Positions 28,964-38,799 of a stretch of 41,117 nucleotides of DNA are shown here, piece by piece. This DNA comes from an uncultured Dehalococcoidia bacterium (GTDB lineage: Bacteria; Chloroflexota; Dehalococcoidia; Lucifugimonadales; UBA3495). Both the position numbers and the translations under genes were made by a program. Each line of letters starts with the position of its first letter. Positions within the stretch are counted from its first letter, which is position 1. The notes below the pieces were generated by a model. It saw nothing but the letters and a program-made list of their open reading frames with translations. It did no database searches and was not told the origin of the DNA. The stretch spans positions 1 through 41,117 of the forward strand of contig CATMOE010000032.1 in NCBI GenBank assembly GCA_950072105.1, given 5' to 3'.

Positions 28964-29509
28964 TCAGATGTCTTGAAGGGAGTCCAAGAACTGATCGGCG
29001 TCTCTTTGGTTGCGCAACTCAACCCGTTGCAGACAGGGAAACTCTTCCCCGTCAAAGGTGGCCCGGGTGGACCTCCGACGGTCGTGAAAAGTCTTGATTA
29101 CCCACAAAATCATCGAGTCCGTGCTGAAGAACGCTCTTCTGATTGATTCCCGGTTGTCCGAGAAAATAGTCCGGCGACCGATGCTGCGGACCGTTGTTCG
29201 GGAAAATGCTCGCCAGAAGACCACGAGGAAGGAGTGATTCAGCCAGACTAGCGTGGTAGCCCGTGGCCAGACTATGTCCCGCACCATGTTATAGTTGCCG
29301 TCCACTACCCACCGGTCCGCCGCCACCGCCGTACCGACAAGCTCCCTGAATTCATCGTCTTCCCGCTCTTGCCAGTCCGGTAACCAATGAATGGCGTCCA
29401 GTTCGATGTGAGGGGTTTGCAATATGTCGGCCAACCGCCGGGCCATGGTGGTCTTGCCGGAGCAACTGGAGCCGATAATAACTACTCGTTCCATCTCAAC
29501 ATTTTTCAT
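28964..29509 (-). CDS. adenylate kinase-like P-loop protein (FlaR/topology modulation family)
   Basis: GSSCSGKTT, IELDAIHW.PDW, WVVDGNY; start uncertain. Confidence 0.85.
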   Translation of the reverse strand: MKNVEMERVVIIGSSCSGKTTMARRLADILQTPHIELDAIHWLPDWQEREDDEFRELVGTAVAADRWVVDGNYNMVRDIVWPRATTLVWLNHSFLVVFWRAFSRTTVRSIGRRTIFSDNRESIRRAFFSTDSMILWVIKTFHDRRRSTRATFDGEEFPCLQRVELRNQRDADQFLDSLQDI

Positions 29510-29644
29510 CAGTGGGTCGACCCAGTATTTACCAAACAAGTTCTTGGGGACCCTGGGCTAGTCTAACAGGCGCAATGGCCGTGACATGGTACAATCTGCT
29601 GGCGATAGCAATGTCCGTTCAAAGGCGTAATGAGGTGCGGCGAC

Positions 29645-30532
29645 ATGAGTAAGTTTCGCATTCAACCCCACAGCCGATTGCAAGAATGGGTGGCCGAGGG
29701 AAAAGGGTATTTCACAGAAGAAGGCTTGGACTACGAATTCGTCCACGGACGCCTGCTTGGCCCCGACGAAACCTCGCCCGTGCCCGTGGGTGGTTTGCCT
29801 GGTGGCCCGGTGGAGGTGAAAAGCGGCGCTTTTGAAAGCATGGAAGCCGGACGGGCCTGCGACGTCAGCGCCGCCTGTCACTGGGCGGTAAGTCATGCTT
29901 CGGCGCAAGGGCACGGCCTCATGTGGGGTCACGCCTACTCTATCACCCCTTCGGGACTGTATACCGCCCCGGATAGCGGTATACGGACCGCCGCGGACTT
30001 GAAAGGCGTGGAGGTGGGCGTAGGCTACCACTCAGGCAGCCATTTCTCGACACTTCAGGCGCTGGAGAAATTTCTCAGTCCCGATGATATCAAACTGAGA
30101 TTCGTCGGCGGCCCCAACGACCGGTTGTCGTTGCTGCTGGAACGGAAAATTTCGGTAGCTAACGTCTTCGGCGCGCAGCTTTACACCATGGAGCAGCAGG
30201 GATTCCGGAAAGTGGTGGACACCACGTTTATGATCGGCTTCTTATTCTCCGCCGACGCCAACATTGATGACGTGGCGGCCTACTTCAAAGCCTTGCAACG
30301 GGCGCAGTGCGACATAGACCGTGACCCGGCGCTATACAAACATTACTTCCTGAATGAGCTGCCGGAGCGCTTCCATGACCTGGTAGATATTCAGGGATTT
30401 GGGCCAGGCGAGCGGTTAGTGTTTGAGCCATACACCAAGGAGATGTTCGACGATACGCACCGGTGGATGGCATCTTGGAAGCTCTTCCCCGACACCGGCG
30501 AGCATTCCTACGAGACGGCGGTGGTTGCTTAA
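29645..30532 (+). CDS. NMT1/THI5/SsuA-like PBP2-fold protein without a signal peptide
   Basis: VAEGKGYFTEEGLDYE, DSGIRTAADLKG..VGVGYHSGSH; GAGGTG RBS. Confidence 0.8.
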   Translation: MSKFRIQPHSRLQEWVAEGKGYFTEEGLDYEFVHGRLLGPDETSPVPVGGLPGGPVEVKSGAFESMEAGRACDVSAACHWAVSHASAQGHGLMWGHAYSITPSGLYTAPDSGIRTAADLKGVEVGVGYHSGSHFSTLQALEKFLSPDDIKLRFVGGPNDRLSLLLERKISVANVFGAQLYTMEQQGFRKVVDTTFMIGFLFSADANIDDVAAYFKALQRAQCDIDRDPALYKHYFLNELPERFHDLVDIQGFGPGERLVFEPYTKEMFDDTHRWMASWKLFPDTGEHSYETAVVA

Positions 30533-30544
30533 CGGCCGGTCATT

Positions 30545-30615
30545 TTAACGCAGAGACACAGAGGACGCTGAGACTTTAATTATCTAAGCGAAGCTCTCAG
30601 CGTCTCTGCGGTTAA
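30545..30615. repeat. CGCAGAGAC-type inverted repeat element between convergent genes
   Basis: TTAACGCAGAGAC..GACGCTGAGA / TCTCAGCGTCTCTGCGGTTAA. Confidence 0.7.
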
Positions 30616-30645
30616 CAACTGGTCCCGAAGCGCCACGTGGGCGGC

Positions 30646-31341
30646 TTACGACGCGGTGGACCAGTTTACGCCGTTCAAGACCATCTGCTGAAACTCCGGT
30701 GACTCAAAGCTCTTACCATCATGGCCTAGCAGCAGAGTGAAAACTTTGCCCTGGCCGTACCGGCGTGTCCAGCCAAGAGGGAAGGTCCCGCCGGGCATGT
30801 CTTTGGGCGCCCGATCCGGACCCCAAGGATGGGTCCCGTTTTCCGTATGGCCGGTGAGGAACACGTCGTTTCCCTCGGTGATCGCCAGGCCCATGTAAAG
30901 CTCATCGTCGGTGTCGAATTCGGCGACCCCATTTACTCCAGGATGGCCGGAGTTGCTGATGTTGACGCTGAACCGGCCGTAGGGTGGATGGAAGCTGGTT
31001 CCGGAGACCCAACCGCCCCCGGTGATGTCGTGGTACTCCGGCCAACCGCTGGGCAGGCAGGTGGAGATGTGGAGACAGACAAAGCCCTTGCCAGAGCTGA
31101 TGAAGTCTTTCATTCCATTCTGCTCGCTGCTCGACAAAGCCCATTCACCGAAGTCCGGTATATTCTCCCGGCGGGTATTGAACACCAGGGCGTCGTAGCT
31201 ATTCAGGTCCGATGCATTGGCTAGCACCGAAGGGTCTTCGGTGACGGTGACGTCGTGGCCGGCCCCTTTCAAAAATCGCTCCAGAACCGGGGTGGATTCT
31301 TCGTAAGGGTGTCTTCCTCCGGAAATTACTAGCAGTTTCAT
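30646..31341 (-). CDS. ThuA-domain (class I glutamine amidotransferase-like) protein
   Basis: GKGFVCLH, DELY, WTRRYGQGKVF..LGHD; GGAGG RBS. Confidence 0.87.
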   Translation of the reverse strand: MKLLVISGGRHPYEESTPVLERFLKGAGHDVTVTEDPSVLANASDLNSYDALVFNTRRENIPDFGEWALSSSEQNGMKDFISSGKGFVCLHISTCLPSGWPEYHDITGGGWVSGTSFHPPYGRFSVNISNSGHPGVNGVAEFDTDDELYMGLAITEGNDVFLTGHTENGTHPWGPDRAPKDMPGGTFPLGWTRRYGQGKVFTLLLGHDGKSFESPEFQQMVLNGVNWSTAS

Positions 31342-31384
31342 GTTTATATCCTCCAATCAGATAACCCGTCGGGTTTACCTAGGG

Positions 31385-31693
31385 TTAGTTTCTTGAGATT
31401 GCTCCGCCCAATCCATGGGTCTGTTCGCTGACCAGGAATGAAGCTTTATCCCGTCCGTAGGGCGTCTCCAAGTCGGCGTCGAACCGTTGGCCGCCCAGCT
31501 CACCAATAATCTCGTACCGCATCTCGGTGTACAGCCGGCCATCAAAACCCGAGCCTTTTATGTGCCTTTCTTCCTCGCCCACCAGGAACATTTCCACAGC
31601 CTGCACCATTATCTCTCTAGCGTCTTCTTCACCTAAGTAAGAGGCAGACCGCAAAAACACGTAGCCCCATCTGATTCCCTTATGTTCTAGCAT
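31385..31693 (-). CDS. hypothetical protein
   Basis: 102-aa ORF filling the gap in a co-directional gene run. Confidence 0.6.
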   Translation of the reverse strand: MLEHKGIRWGYVFLRSASYLGEEDAREIMVQAVEMFLVGEEERHIKGSGFDGRLYTEMRYEIIGELGGQRFDADLETPYGRDKASFLVSEQTHGLGGAISRN

Positions 31694-31748
31694 CGCATTA
31701 CTGAATATCTGGGACGGAAGGTCCGGCCTCCATCGAGGCTGGTCCGGT

Positions 31749-32048
31749 TTATAGTTTCACGCCTGCTTGCTGAAGCTGGGTCAAGACCGACTCCGGACTG
31801 CTGACCTTGATCACCGCCAGGGAAGGTTTCGTTTTGCGCGCCTCGCGGATGACGTAACGGCTGTCCGCCTGGGGCACTTCATCATCGATTATCAAAGCGG
31901 CGTAGTCTGAAGAGCCGGCCAAGTCGATGGCTACAGCGTCGCTAACCGTCCCGGTTACCGTGCAGCCCACCGCCTCCAGGATACGAGTCACCGTGTCCAT
32001 GGAAGCCCATTCCCGGCCCATGAATAAAATACGGTTGAATTCAGCCAT
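31749..32048 (-). CDS. hypothetical receiver-like alpha/beta protein
   Basis: 99 aa with a CheY-like pattern (ILEAVG, YAALIIDD, PSLAVI); lacks the N-terminal acidic pair. Confidence 0.6.
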   Translation of the reverse strand: MAEFNRILFMGREWASMDTVTRILEAVGCTVTGTVSDAVAIDLAGSSDYAALIIDDEVPQADSRYVIREARKTKPSLAVIKVSSPESVLTQLQQAGVKL

Positions 32049-32087
32049 CGCCTGCGTTAAATTCCTGTTCGTCGTGATTAGCCGGGT

Positions 32088-32906
32088 TCAGTAATAGACG
32101 GCGTTGCCGACGCCGCCGTTGGCGGCAATGAGCTCGCCGGTTACGGCCCAGGCTTTGTCCGAGGCCAAGAAGACGGTCAGGTAGGCGATCTCCGAAGCGT
32201 CGACCATGCGGCAAATGGCGTTACCCCTGGCAGCGCCGGGAGCAAAGTCTGTAGCCTCCACTTGGTCGATGTCGATGCCTAATTGAGCAGCCCTGGCCTC
32301 TATCAACTCCGGCGTGCGCTCGGTGCGGGTGGTGCCAGGATGTATGCAGTTGACGGTGATCCCGAAACGGCCCACCTGAGTGGATAGGGTCTTGGTTAGA
32401 TGCACCATGGACACGTTGCGCGCCCCGCCGCTCAGGTTCCCGGCGTTGCGGGCGTTCCCGCCGCTGATATTTATGATTCGCCCGTAACCTTGCTCTTTCA
32501 TCAGAGGGATAGACGCGCGGGCGCACCTTAGGGCCCCCACGTATTTAACGTCGAAGTCGCTCATCAAGTCATCTTCGTTGACCGTTTCTATCGGTCCGAT
32601 GGCCGAAGCCGACCCGCCGGGAGCGGACCCGCTGTTGACCAGAATATGCAGGCCGCCAAGTTGCTGGGCAGCTTCGGATATGACGCTGTTCACCCGGTCG
32701 GTTTGAGTAACGTCTAGAACCATGGGAATGACCCGGGTGCCCGTTTCGTCTTCAATCTCTCTAGCGGAGGCTTCCAGGTCCGACATTGTGCGGGAGACGA
32801 TCACCACGTCTACGCCTTCCCGGGCCAGCTCCTTGGCTATCGCCTTGCCGATGCCTTTACTACCGCCGGTGACCAGGGCGTGCTTGCCTTTTAGTCCTAA
32901 GTCCAT
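32088..32906 (-). CDS. SDR-family oxidoreductase
   Basis: TGGSKGIG, GRIINISG, ITVNCIHPG; GGAGG RBS. Confidence 0.93.
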   Translation of the reverse strand: MDLGLKGKHALVTGGSKGIGKAIAKELAREGVDVVIVSRTMSDLEASAREIEDETGTRVIPMVLDVTQTDRVNSVISEAAQQLGGLHILVNSGSAPGGSASAIGPIETVNEDDLMSDFDVKYVGALRCARASIPLMKEQGYGRIINISGGNARNAGNLSGGARNVSMVHLTKTLSTQVGRFGITVNCIHPGTTRTERTPELIEARAAQLGIDIDQVEATDFAPGAARGNAICRMVDASEIAYLTVFLASDKAWAVTGELIAANGGVGNAVYY

Positions 32907-33051
32907 CTCGAGGACCTCCTGTCCAAATAGCGCCTTGACTTATGCCGTTGTCCGGCGTTGTGCGGGCATTTTACACAACAGCAGGGAGGGCGGCAAGCCG
33001 CTGGACGGACTTTATTTTGTCGTAGCTGGCAACCTTGAGCCGCCTAACTGG

Positions 33052-33374
33052 TTAGCTAGGTGGTTGATACCCGGTACTTCCGGCCCGCTTCAGCGCCATT
33101 AAAGCCTCTTCCCGGGTTAGCAAGATAGTGATCTTGTGGTCCTTCTCGACGCCGGCTGCCCGCACCGCGTTCGTGATCGCGGCCATGGTCTCGTTGTCCG
33201 GAAATTCAGCAATTGTCACCAGATCATACTCGCCCAAGCTGTGGTAGAAGGACTCGACCTTGCCGCCGAGATGGTCGAACAGCTCGGAGACCATCTTGCC
33301 CCGGTCCTGGGATGCCTAATCAGTTCCGCAAGGGCGTCGTCGTTATAGGTGAATTACAGCAGGTATTTGGGCAT
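33052..33374 (-). pseudogene. GYD-domain protein with a nonsense codon and a frameshift
   Basis: GGAGG RBS, MPKYLL*FTYNDDALAELIRHP / QDRGKMV..LGGKVESFYHSLGEYDLV. TAA at 33354-33356; 1-bp loss near 33308-33311. Confidence 0.8.
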
Positions 33375-33741
33375 ACCACCCTCCGGTTCTCCTCGGTACG
33401 TCGTAGGGATGTTTCACTCCATATATTACATCCCAGCGGTTTAAACGGAGTTGGCGCCGTGGTCCCTTCTTCGATGTCTGGGGAACCGAACCCTGATTGT
33501 GGGGGCTACACCCTATCCGGTTGGCGGGCCGCACGCTTAGATGAAACATACCTAGAATCTTGGATACAATCTTTAGGCGGGATGCATAGGGAAAGTATTG
33601 ACTGAAGCGATTGATCTTGGCCAAGCCAAGGGCATCACCGAAGACGTTTGCCGCGCCTTGATGGCTTCTGTTGGCACTCCGGCTGATTCCTGATTGGGCC
33701 AAAGTTTTTAAGGTGACGTCAAGGTTCCTATCTACAGAATC

Positions 33742-36201
33742 ATGATTAGGTGTTTGAACCCAAGAAATCATCCAGTGGGACGACAAAGAGGGTTCACTCT
33801 AGTCGAACTGCTATCCGTGTTCGCCATCATCGGCGTTCTTGCCGGGGTGATAGCCGGGTCCGTTCAGGGCCTAGAGGCTGCCGGTAGAAGCGCTCAGATT
33901 CAAAGCGACTCGAGAATCTTGGAGATTGCCTCCGACCGGTTCTTCACCGAGTCTTTCCCCCAGACATACCCGGTGAGCAATCCCGACACCAACGGCGATG
34001 CAGTTCTTGACAACCTGGATTCCCCGCCTCTTCCTGCTGGGTACGTCAATGTCAGTCTCGTCGACTTCAACGCCCGGTTGCCCCAGCACCCCACCAAACA
34101 ATTTGTTCCGGATTTCATCAAAGGTGTTCCCAATTCTGCCGCTTTGGTGAGTTACCGGGTGCTTACCACCAACGGCGATGTGTTCGCCGCCGCCGCTAAA
34201 GCACCTCTGATTCCCCCGTCCGCCAGCCGGTTGAATGTTACCGTGGCGGACAAGAGCACCGGCGCCGCAACCGCTGTAACATTCGGCCTGACCATGCGCA
34301 AGAACCGGGCGGCGGTGGATACCTTGGTGATCCAAATACCTGCGGGATACATTTTTGGGGGCCCGTCTTTGCCCGCCGGCGTGGAAGTAGGGCAGCTCGA
34401 TGTGTTTTTCGACGCGGACAACCCTTGTAAACCGGGTCACATTTTGAAAGTTTCCACCCCCGTCCTAGCAACAGGGCGGACTGATATGTGGGAAATTTCG
34501 CCCAACTACGCCACGGCAACCAGCGAAGATAATGGTGATGTCGTCGATACGGTCAAAGGTGCGATTCAAGCGGACGGGGTTACCCGTGGCCTCGGGCCCA
34601 CCATTACTCACACGATAGATGTTTCCGCCAGCATTTTAGAATTCCCTGGATCCCTTACCTTGCGGATGGGCATATCCCAGGGTGCTGGAACGCCGCACAA
34701 CGAATCTACGGAGAGTTGGGTTCTGAAGATTTACAGCTATTCCGATAGAAATACTGGCAGCGCACTGCTGATCGCCAACCCCAAAAAGGCCGGCGTATAC
34801 TGATGGACCAGTGAGGAACATTCCACTATCCAGGTTGCAGACATGTTCGAATCGGTAGCCGGTCTGCAGGCAGTTCTGATCCGGGATGACGTTGCTATCG
34901 TGACCCCAACCGCGGTACCCGACACCACTGGGCCGGTGCTCAGGATCATATCGCCCTATGACGGGGCCAACGGCGTGGCTGTTGGCATAGACATTGTCGC
35001 AAGCTTCTCAGAAAGGATCTCCGTCCCGGCGGTAGATGAAACCACTTTCGTGGTCTTAGACGAACGTAGCCAGCCCATCCCAGGGGCGGTCACCGTTGCC
35101 GGGAATGGGAGGAGCGCGATCTTCGACCCGGACATTGACCTCGCGCATGACACCGCTTATACCATAACGCTGACCAGCGGAATTACCGATCAAGCCGGCA
35201 ACCGGATGGTTTCCTACAGCAGTATCTTCACGACGGAAGAGACGGACACGACAAGTCCGTCTGTGTTAGGCATATCCCCTTTGGAGAACGCGACCGGCGT
35301 GGCCACCGACACCGTGATTGACGTATTCTTCTCGGAGGCGGTCGATGGGGCGACAGTTGATTTCGCCGGCTTCAATTTGCTGGACTCCGCCTCAAACGTC
35401 ATCGCTGGTACTATCAGCCTTGGCCCGCATTACGGGGTGGCTAACCGGCGCTTGATCTTTCATCCAACCGGAGACCTGGCGAACGATACCACCTACGCCG
35501 TGACGCTGACCGGCGGCATCAGCGATCCGGCGCTCAACTCCTTGGAGCCCTTCGCCAGCACTTTCACCACCGAGGCGGCGCCGAATCGAGCGCTCCAGGT
35601 AACCGTCACCGGTGACATTACGGGCGGCGCCTTTGCCGCGACGCCTGACTTAGTCTTTAGCGCTGAGGTCACCGACGACAACGAAGGGGCAACTCTAACG
35701 GCTTTTGTCGAGTGGTTCATCGACGGCACGCCGACTGGGGTGACCGGCACTACCATGTCTATGCCCGGCCTGGGACTGGGCAACTTTAACGGCGCTATTC
35801 CCGCGATCGGCCCTCACGTCATCGAAGCGCGTTCCCTGGATAGAGGCGGTTTGACCGGTTTCGGCACTCTCGTGTTCACCCTTACCCCGGTTAACCCGCC
35901 TCCCGATGTAATTATCGTCAGCCCTGGCGGCAATGGCTTGTTTTCCGGGTCTAGCTCGATATTCTTCCTGGCGGTGGCATTGGACGCTGAAGACGGATTT
36001 GTCACCAAGGGCCTGGTATGGAACTCGAGTATCGACGGGTTGATCGGCGCCGGCGGCAACTTTTCCGCGACCCTCACCGCAGGCACCCATACGATCACTG
36101 CGTCGGCGTTGGACAGCGGTAACGTGCTTGGCAGCGCTTCCGTTATCGTTAAAGTGTTCGATGCTTTACGATGGGCAACCCCAGGCGAGTGGGAAAACTA
36201 A
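33742..36201 (+). pseudogene. large type IV pilin-like protein with Ig-like (Big_5/SbsA-type) domains, interrupted by an in-frame TGA at 34801-34803
   Basis: RG/FTLVELL class III signal peptide. The two ORFs share one frame (offset 1101 nt). Two DTT.P.V..ISP..A.GV..FSE..L..DT.Y repeats. Confidence 0.75.
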
Positions 36202-36237
36202 ACCATAGCCAAACCTAGCGCGCCTGGTAAGGGAAAC

Positions 36238-36265
36238 AAAAGAGCCCAGAGTAGTTCTGGGCTCT
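36238..36265 (-). terminator. intrinsic terminator
   Basis: AGAGCCCAGA/TCTGGGCTCT stem with an A-run on + (U-run on -). Confidence 0.65.
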
Positions 36266-36290
36266 CATGGTTGTTAGGCTGTCCTTGGCG

Positions 36291-36623
36291 TCAATCTTTC
36301 AGTATGACCAAAGCGGCCGCCGCCGGGGTGAGGTCGCGATGAGTATGGCCGCGCCCGGTAACGTCTTCCATCAGCCGCACATCCCCGGCACGAAAAATAT
36401 GCTTCGTGCCATCGCCAAATCCTATTTCCACCTCACCCCAAAGATGAATGATTAGCCGCCGCTCCGGCAGCGGGTGAAAATCCATATTACGGAGCTCGTG
36501 ATGCTGGGTGACCCGAACTTCGGCGACATTGGTTAATGAACCCAGGTCGGGGCGCTGGGCCAAGTCCATCTCCTCGATGTGACTCTCCCCGTCGTCTCCG
36601 GTAAACATCCGGTACATTCCCAC
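36291..36623 (-). CDS. small cupin-like protein
   Basis: TGDDGESH, FHPLPERRL, GEVEIGFGDG, EDVTGRGH; AAGGAGG RBS. Confidence 0.82.
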   Translation of the reverse strand: MGMYRMFTGDDGESHIEEMDLAQRPDLGSLTNVAEVRVTQHHELRNMDFHPLPERRLIIHLWGEVEIGFGDGTKHIFRAGDVRLMEDVTGRGHTHRDLTPAAAALVILKD

Positions 36624-36832
36624 GGCGGACCTCCTTTGGCTGATACCGAACCAAGTAGAACATCAGGTTTCATGGCGGTCAAGGAGTAGTTGTTCGGTGT
36701 GACGGACATCAGCCGGACGCGTTGGTCCGCGGGTTTGGATCGGTAGAACGGAGATGCCAGATGCCGTCATAGGCGGCAACGGATCTTCATCAGCTGATTC
36801 TAGTCAAGACCGTCAGTTGGAGCTACCGGGAG

Positions 36833-37231
36833 CTAACCGTTTTCCGGCAGCACCTTGAATGGCAAGTTGTGGACTTCCAGCCCCTCCAGAAGCCATACCA
36901 CCTGGTAGTCGCCGAACGAGAGAAATTCGGTCTCAGCAACGGTTATCTTTAGCGTCTTGTTTTGGTACGTCTGACCGGGCGAGACCTCAACGTTAATAAC
37001 CTCGTACCGGGCTGGAGTGATCAAGGTTCCGTCCCGGTCCGTAACGCCTAGCCCCACCGTCTTCTCGCCGGTCTCTTCGGGACCGAACCGCATGCTTATG
37101 ACGGCATCAAACCCGGGATGACGTACCGGCATGTTCGAGGCGAAAAACGCGTCCAAACCGATGCCTTCAGCCGACGGTTTGCCGTCTTTGTGGCCGAAAT
37201 GGTCGCAGAGAAAGCCGAAATTGACTCGCAT
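36833..37231 (-). CDS. hypothetical protein (DUF6941-like)
   Basis: FLCD..DGK...GIG N-terminus, F..FGDY.V C-terminus; AGGAG RBS. Confidence 0.72.
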   Translation of the reverse strand: MRVNFGFLCDHFGHKDGKPSAEGIGLDAFFASNMPVRHPGFDAVISMRFGPEETGEKTVGLGVTDRDGTLITPARYEVINVEVSPGQTYQNKTLKITVAETEFLSFGDYQVVWLLEGLEVHNLPFKVLPENG

Positions 37232-37656
37232 TCTGGTTCTCCTAGCAGCTATTTGGCTACGGTGACGTTATCCCAGGCATCTCTCTGTTTACCCTGAATC
37301 CGTCCTAGGATCGGAGATGCGGGCCGCGGTGCGACGTGCTCACCACGAGCGGGGCTTGAACATGCTGTCAACGGAGCCGAAGAAGCTCTAGCCGGTGAGA
37401 ATACTTTACCATCAAAATTTCCACGCTGGGAACAAGGCCGTGCCGCTAGAACCTTCGAGGGTAGCCAAACGAATCGTCAAAGGTGCTCTGCCTCGCAATC
37501 TAGAATTTCAACTCAAACTCGCATCAACTGCGATAGATGTTCCAGCAACGTCTTTGTCTATACTGGCTCTAATCCAATTGCGCCGTTGTCCTACTTATGC
37601 TTCGTAGAGGCTGGATGATCAAGATGTAGGGCAGCCAAGCGCCGAGGAACCGCGTT

Positions 37657-37851
37657 ATGACGCTGCGTGATATGCTGGCCCAATCACTTGCGAAATCCCG
37701 GATGTGCCCCACTTGTGGCCGTAATCTAGTCTATATCTGTGACTGTAATAGTTGCCGTAAAGATAGCAATAACCCCCTGCATCAGGTTGAATGTACTGGA
37801 TGGTTGGCTTCCAATTTGCTAAAACTACCGAACGCTCCTGTCCATTCTTAG
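37657..37851 (+). CDS. possible small Cys-rich (zinc-binding) protein
   Basis: CPTC..CDCNSC..H..C; GAGGA RBS. Confidence 0.5.
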   Translation: MTLRDMLAQSLAKSRMCPTCGRNLVYICDCNSCRKDSNNPLHQVECTGWLASNLLKLPNAPVHS

Positions 37852-37940
37852 CTCGCTAATCGTCTGGCCCCGAACCGGCCGAAACGCCCGTGTCGGGTGG
37901 TCTAAAAGCTGGGTCGAGTCCACCGGACCGCTGACAAATC

Positions 37941-37969
37941 AAAAAAGGCCGGTGAGTCCGGCCCCTTTT
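37941..37969. terminator. bidirectional terminator-like hairpin
   Basis: AAAAAA-GGCCGG-TGAGT-CCGGCC-CCTTTT. Confidence 0.6.
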
Positions 37970-38046
37970 CACGTTACCGCATTGGATCCGATTTTTTAAA
38001 GGGCGGTTCCGGCGGTCCAACCAGTGCGTGGTCCTGTCGTCATTTA

Positions 38047-38220
38047 TTATCGGGACCTTAGCAAAGGGCTAAACAGCGCCACAGTCCCCGGGCGGACATG
38101 AGTGATCTGAGAACCGGCTCTCTGAAGCCTGCTCACCGTGGCTGCTTGCTCCAGCACCCGTGATTCCCGGGCTTTGGCTAGGTTGCGTTTCATGGTGGCG
38201 GTGGCCTGTCTTGGAAACAT
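38047..38220 (-). CDS. possible small basic protein (57 aa)
   Basis: GAAGAGG RBS before ATG; terminator-like hairpin downstream. Confidence 0.35.
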   Translation of the reverse strand: MFPRQATATMKRNLAKARESRVLEQAATVSRLQRAGSQITHVRPGTVALFSPLLRSR

Positions 38221-38431
38221 ATCAGCCTCTTCTTTCACTTGGTATATAAGGATGTTATCCTCCCAAGCCACCGTCGGCATCACCCATTTGGCATGATTTT
38301 GGGGTGACAAAAGGACTAGTCCTCTTGCCTCTCGGCCCGGTTCCATTCGTAACAAAGATTTAACAAATTATTAAATCCTCCGAAACATCTTTGTAGCATC
38401 ATGTCTATATAGAGTTGGTTTTGGAGGCGTT

Positions 38432-38515
38432 ATGGAGATACTAGCGGCAGCCGGAGCATTCATCGGACTATTCGCTCTCTGGGTATTGCTTCCCAAGAAA
38501 CTCATACGCCGGTAA
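38432..38515 (+). CDS. 27-aa single-TM peptide MEILAAAGAFIGLFALWVLLPKKLIRR
   Basis: GGAGG RBS, hydrophobic stretch with basic tail, own terminator; below the ORF-track cutoff. Confidence 0.7.
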   Translation: MEILAAAGAFIGLFALWVLLPKKLIRR

Positions 38516-38550
38516 TCCCACTCTTCTCGACATCAAACAAGCGACCATTG

Positions 38551-38584
38551 TTAGTCCATGCAGTTCTGCATGGACTAATTTTTT
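38551..38584 (+). terminator. intrinsic terminator
   Basis: TTAGTCCATGCAG/CTGCATGGACTAA followed by TTTTTT. Confidence 0.8.
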
Positions 38585-38799
38585 GCCATTTTTAACTGGC
38601 CAAGAAGAGAAAAATGTGCCAGGGATTTCTAGCTGCAATGATTACAGGGCGTCTTTGACCGAACGCGCCATCCCCCGGCTATAATGGCTGAGCGCGGCAG
38701 ACTAGGCCGGCATCTACGCTCGAACCTGGCATGCGAATCACATCGAGGGCATTACCATCGGAGTGCTGAGGCCCGGTGGCCCGCAATGAGGAGCTGGTC

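Noticed and set aside
5363..34803. TGA reassigned to an amino acid (genetic code 4 or 25)
   Set aside because: Many intact genes end in TGA at their expected C-termini (e.g. 16276, 19654, 40511), TGG is used normally, and another lesion is TAA.
34801..34870. Selenocysteine/SECIS at the pilin or DGPF TGA
   Set aside because: Neither context suggests a Cys position. The TGCAGAC/GTCTGCA pairing starts over 30 nt downstream of the pilin TGA, and no clear hairpin follows the DGPF TGA.
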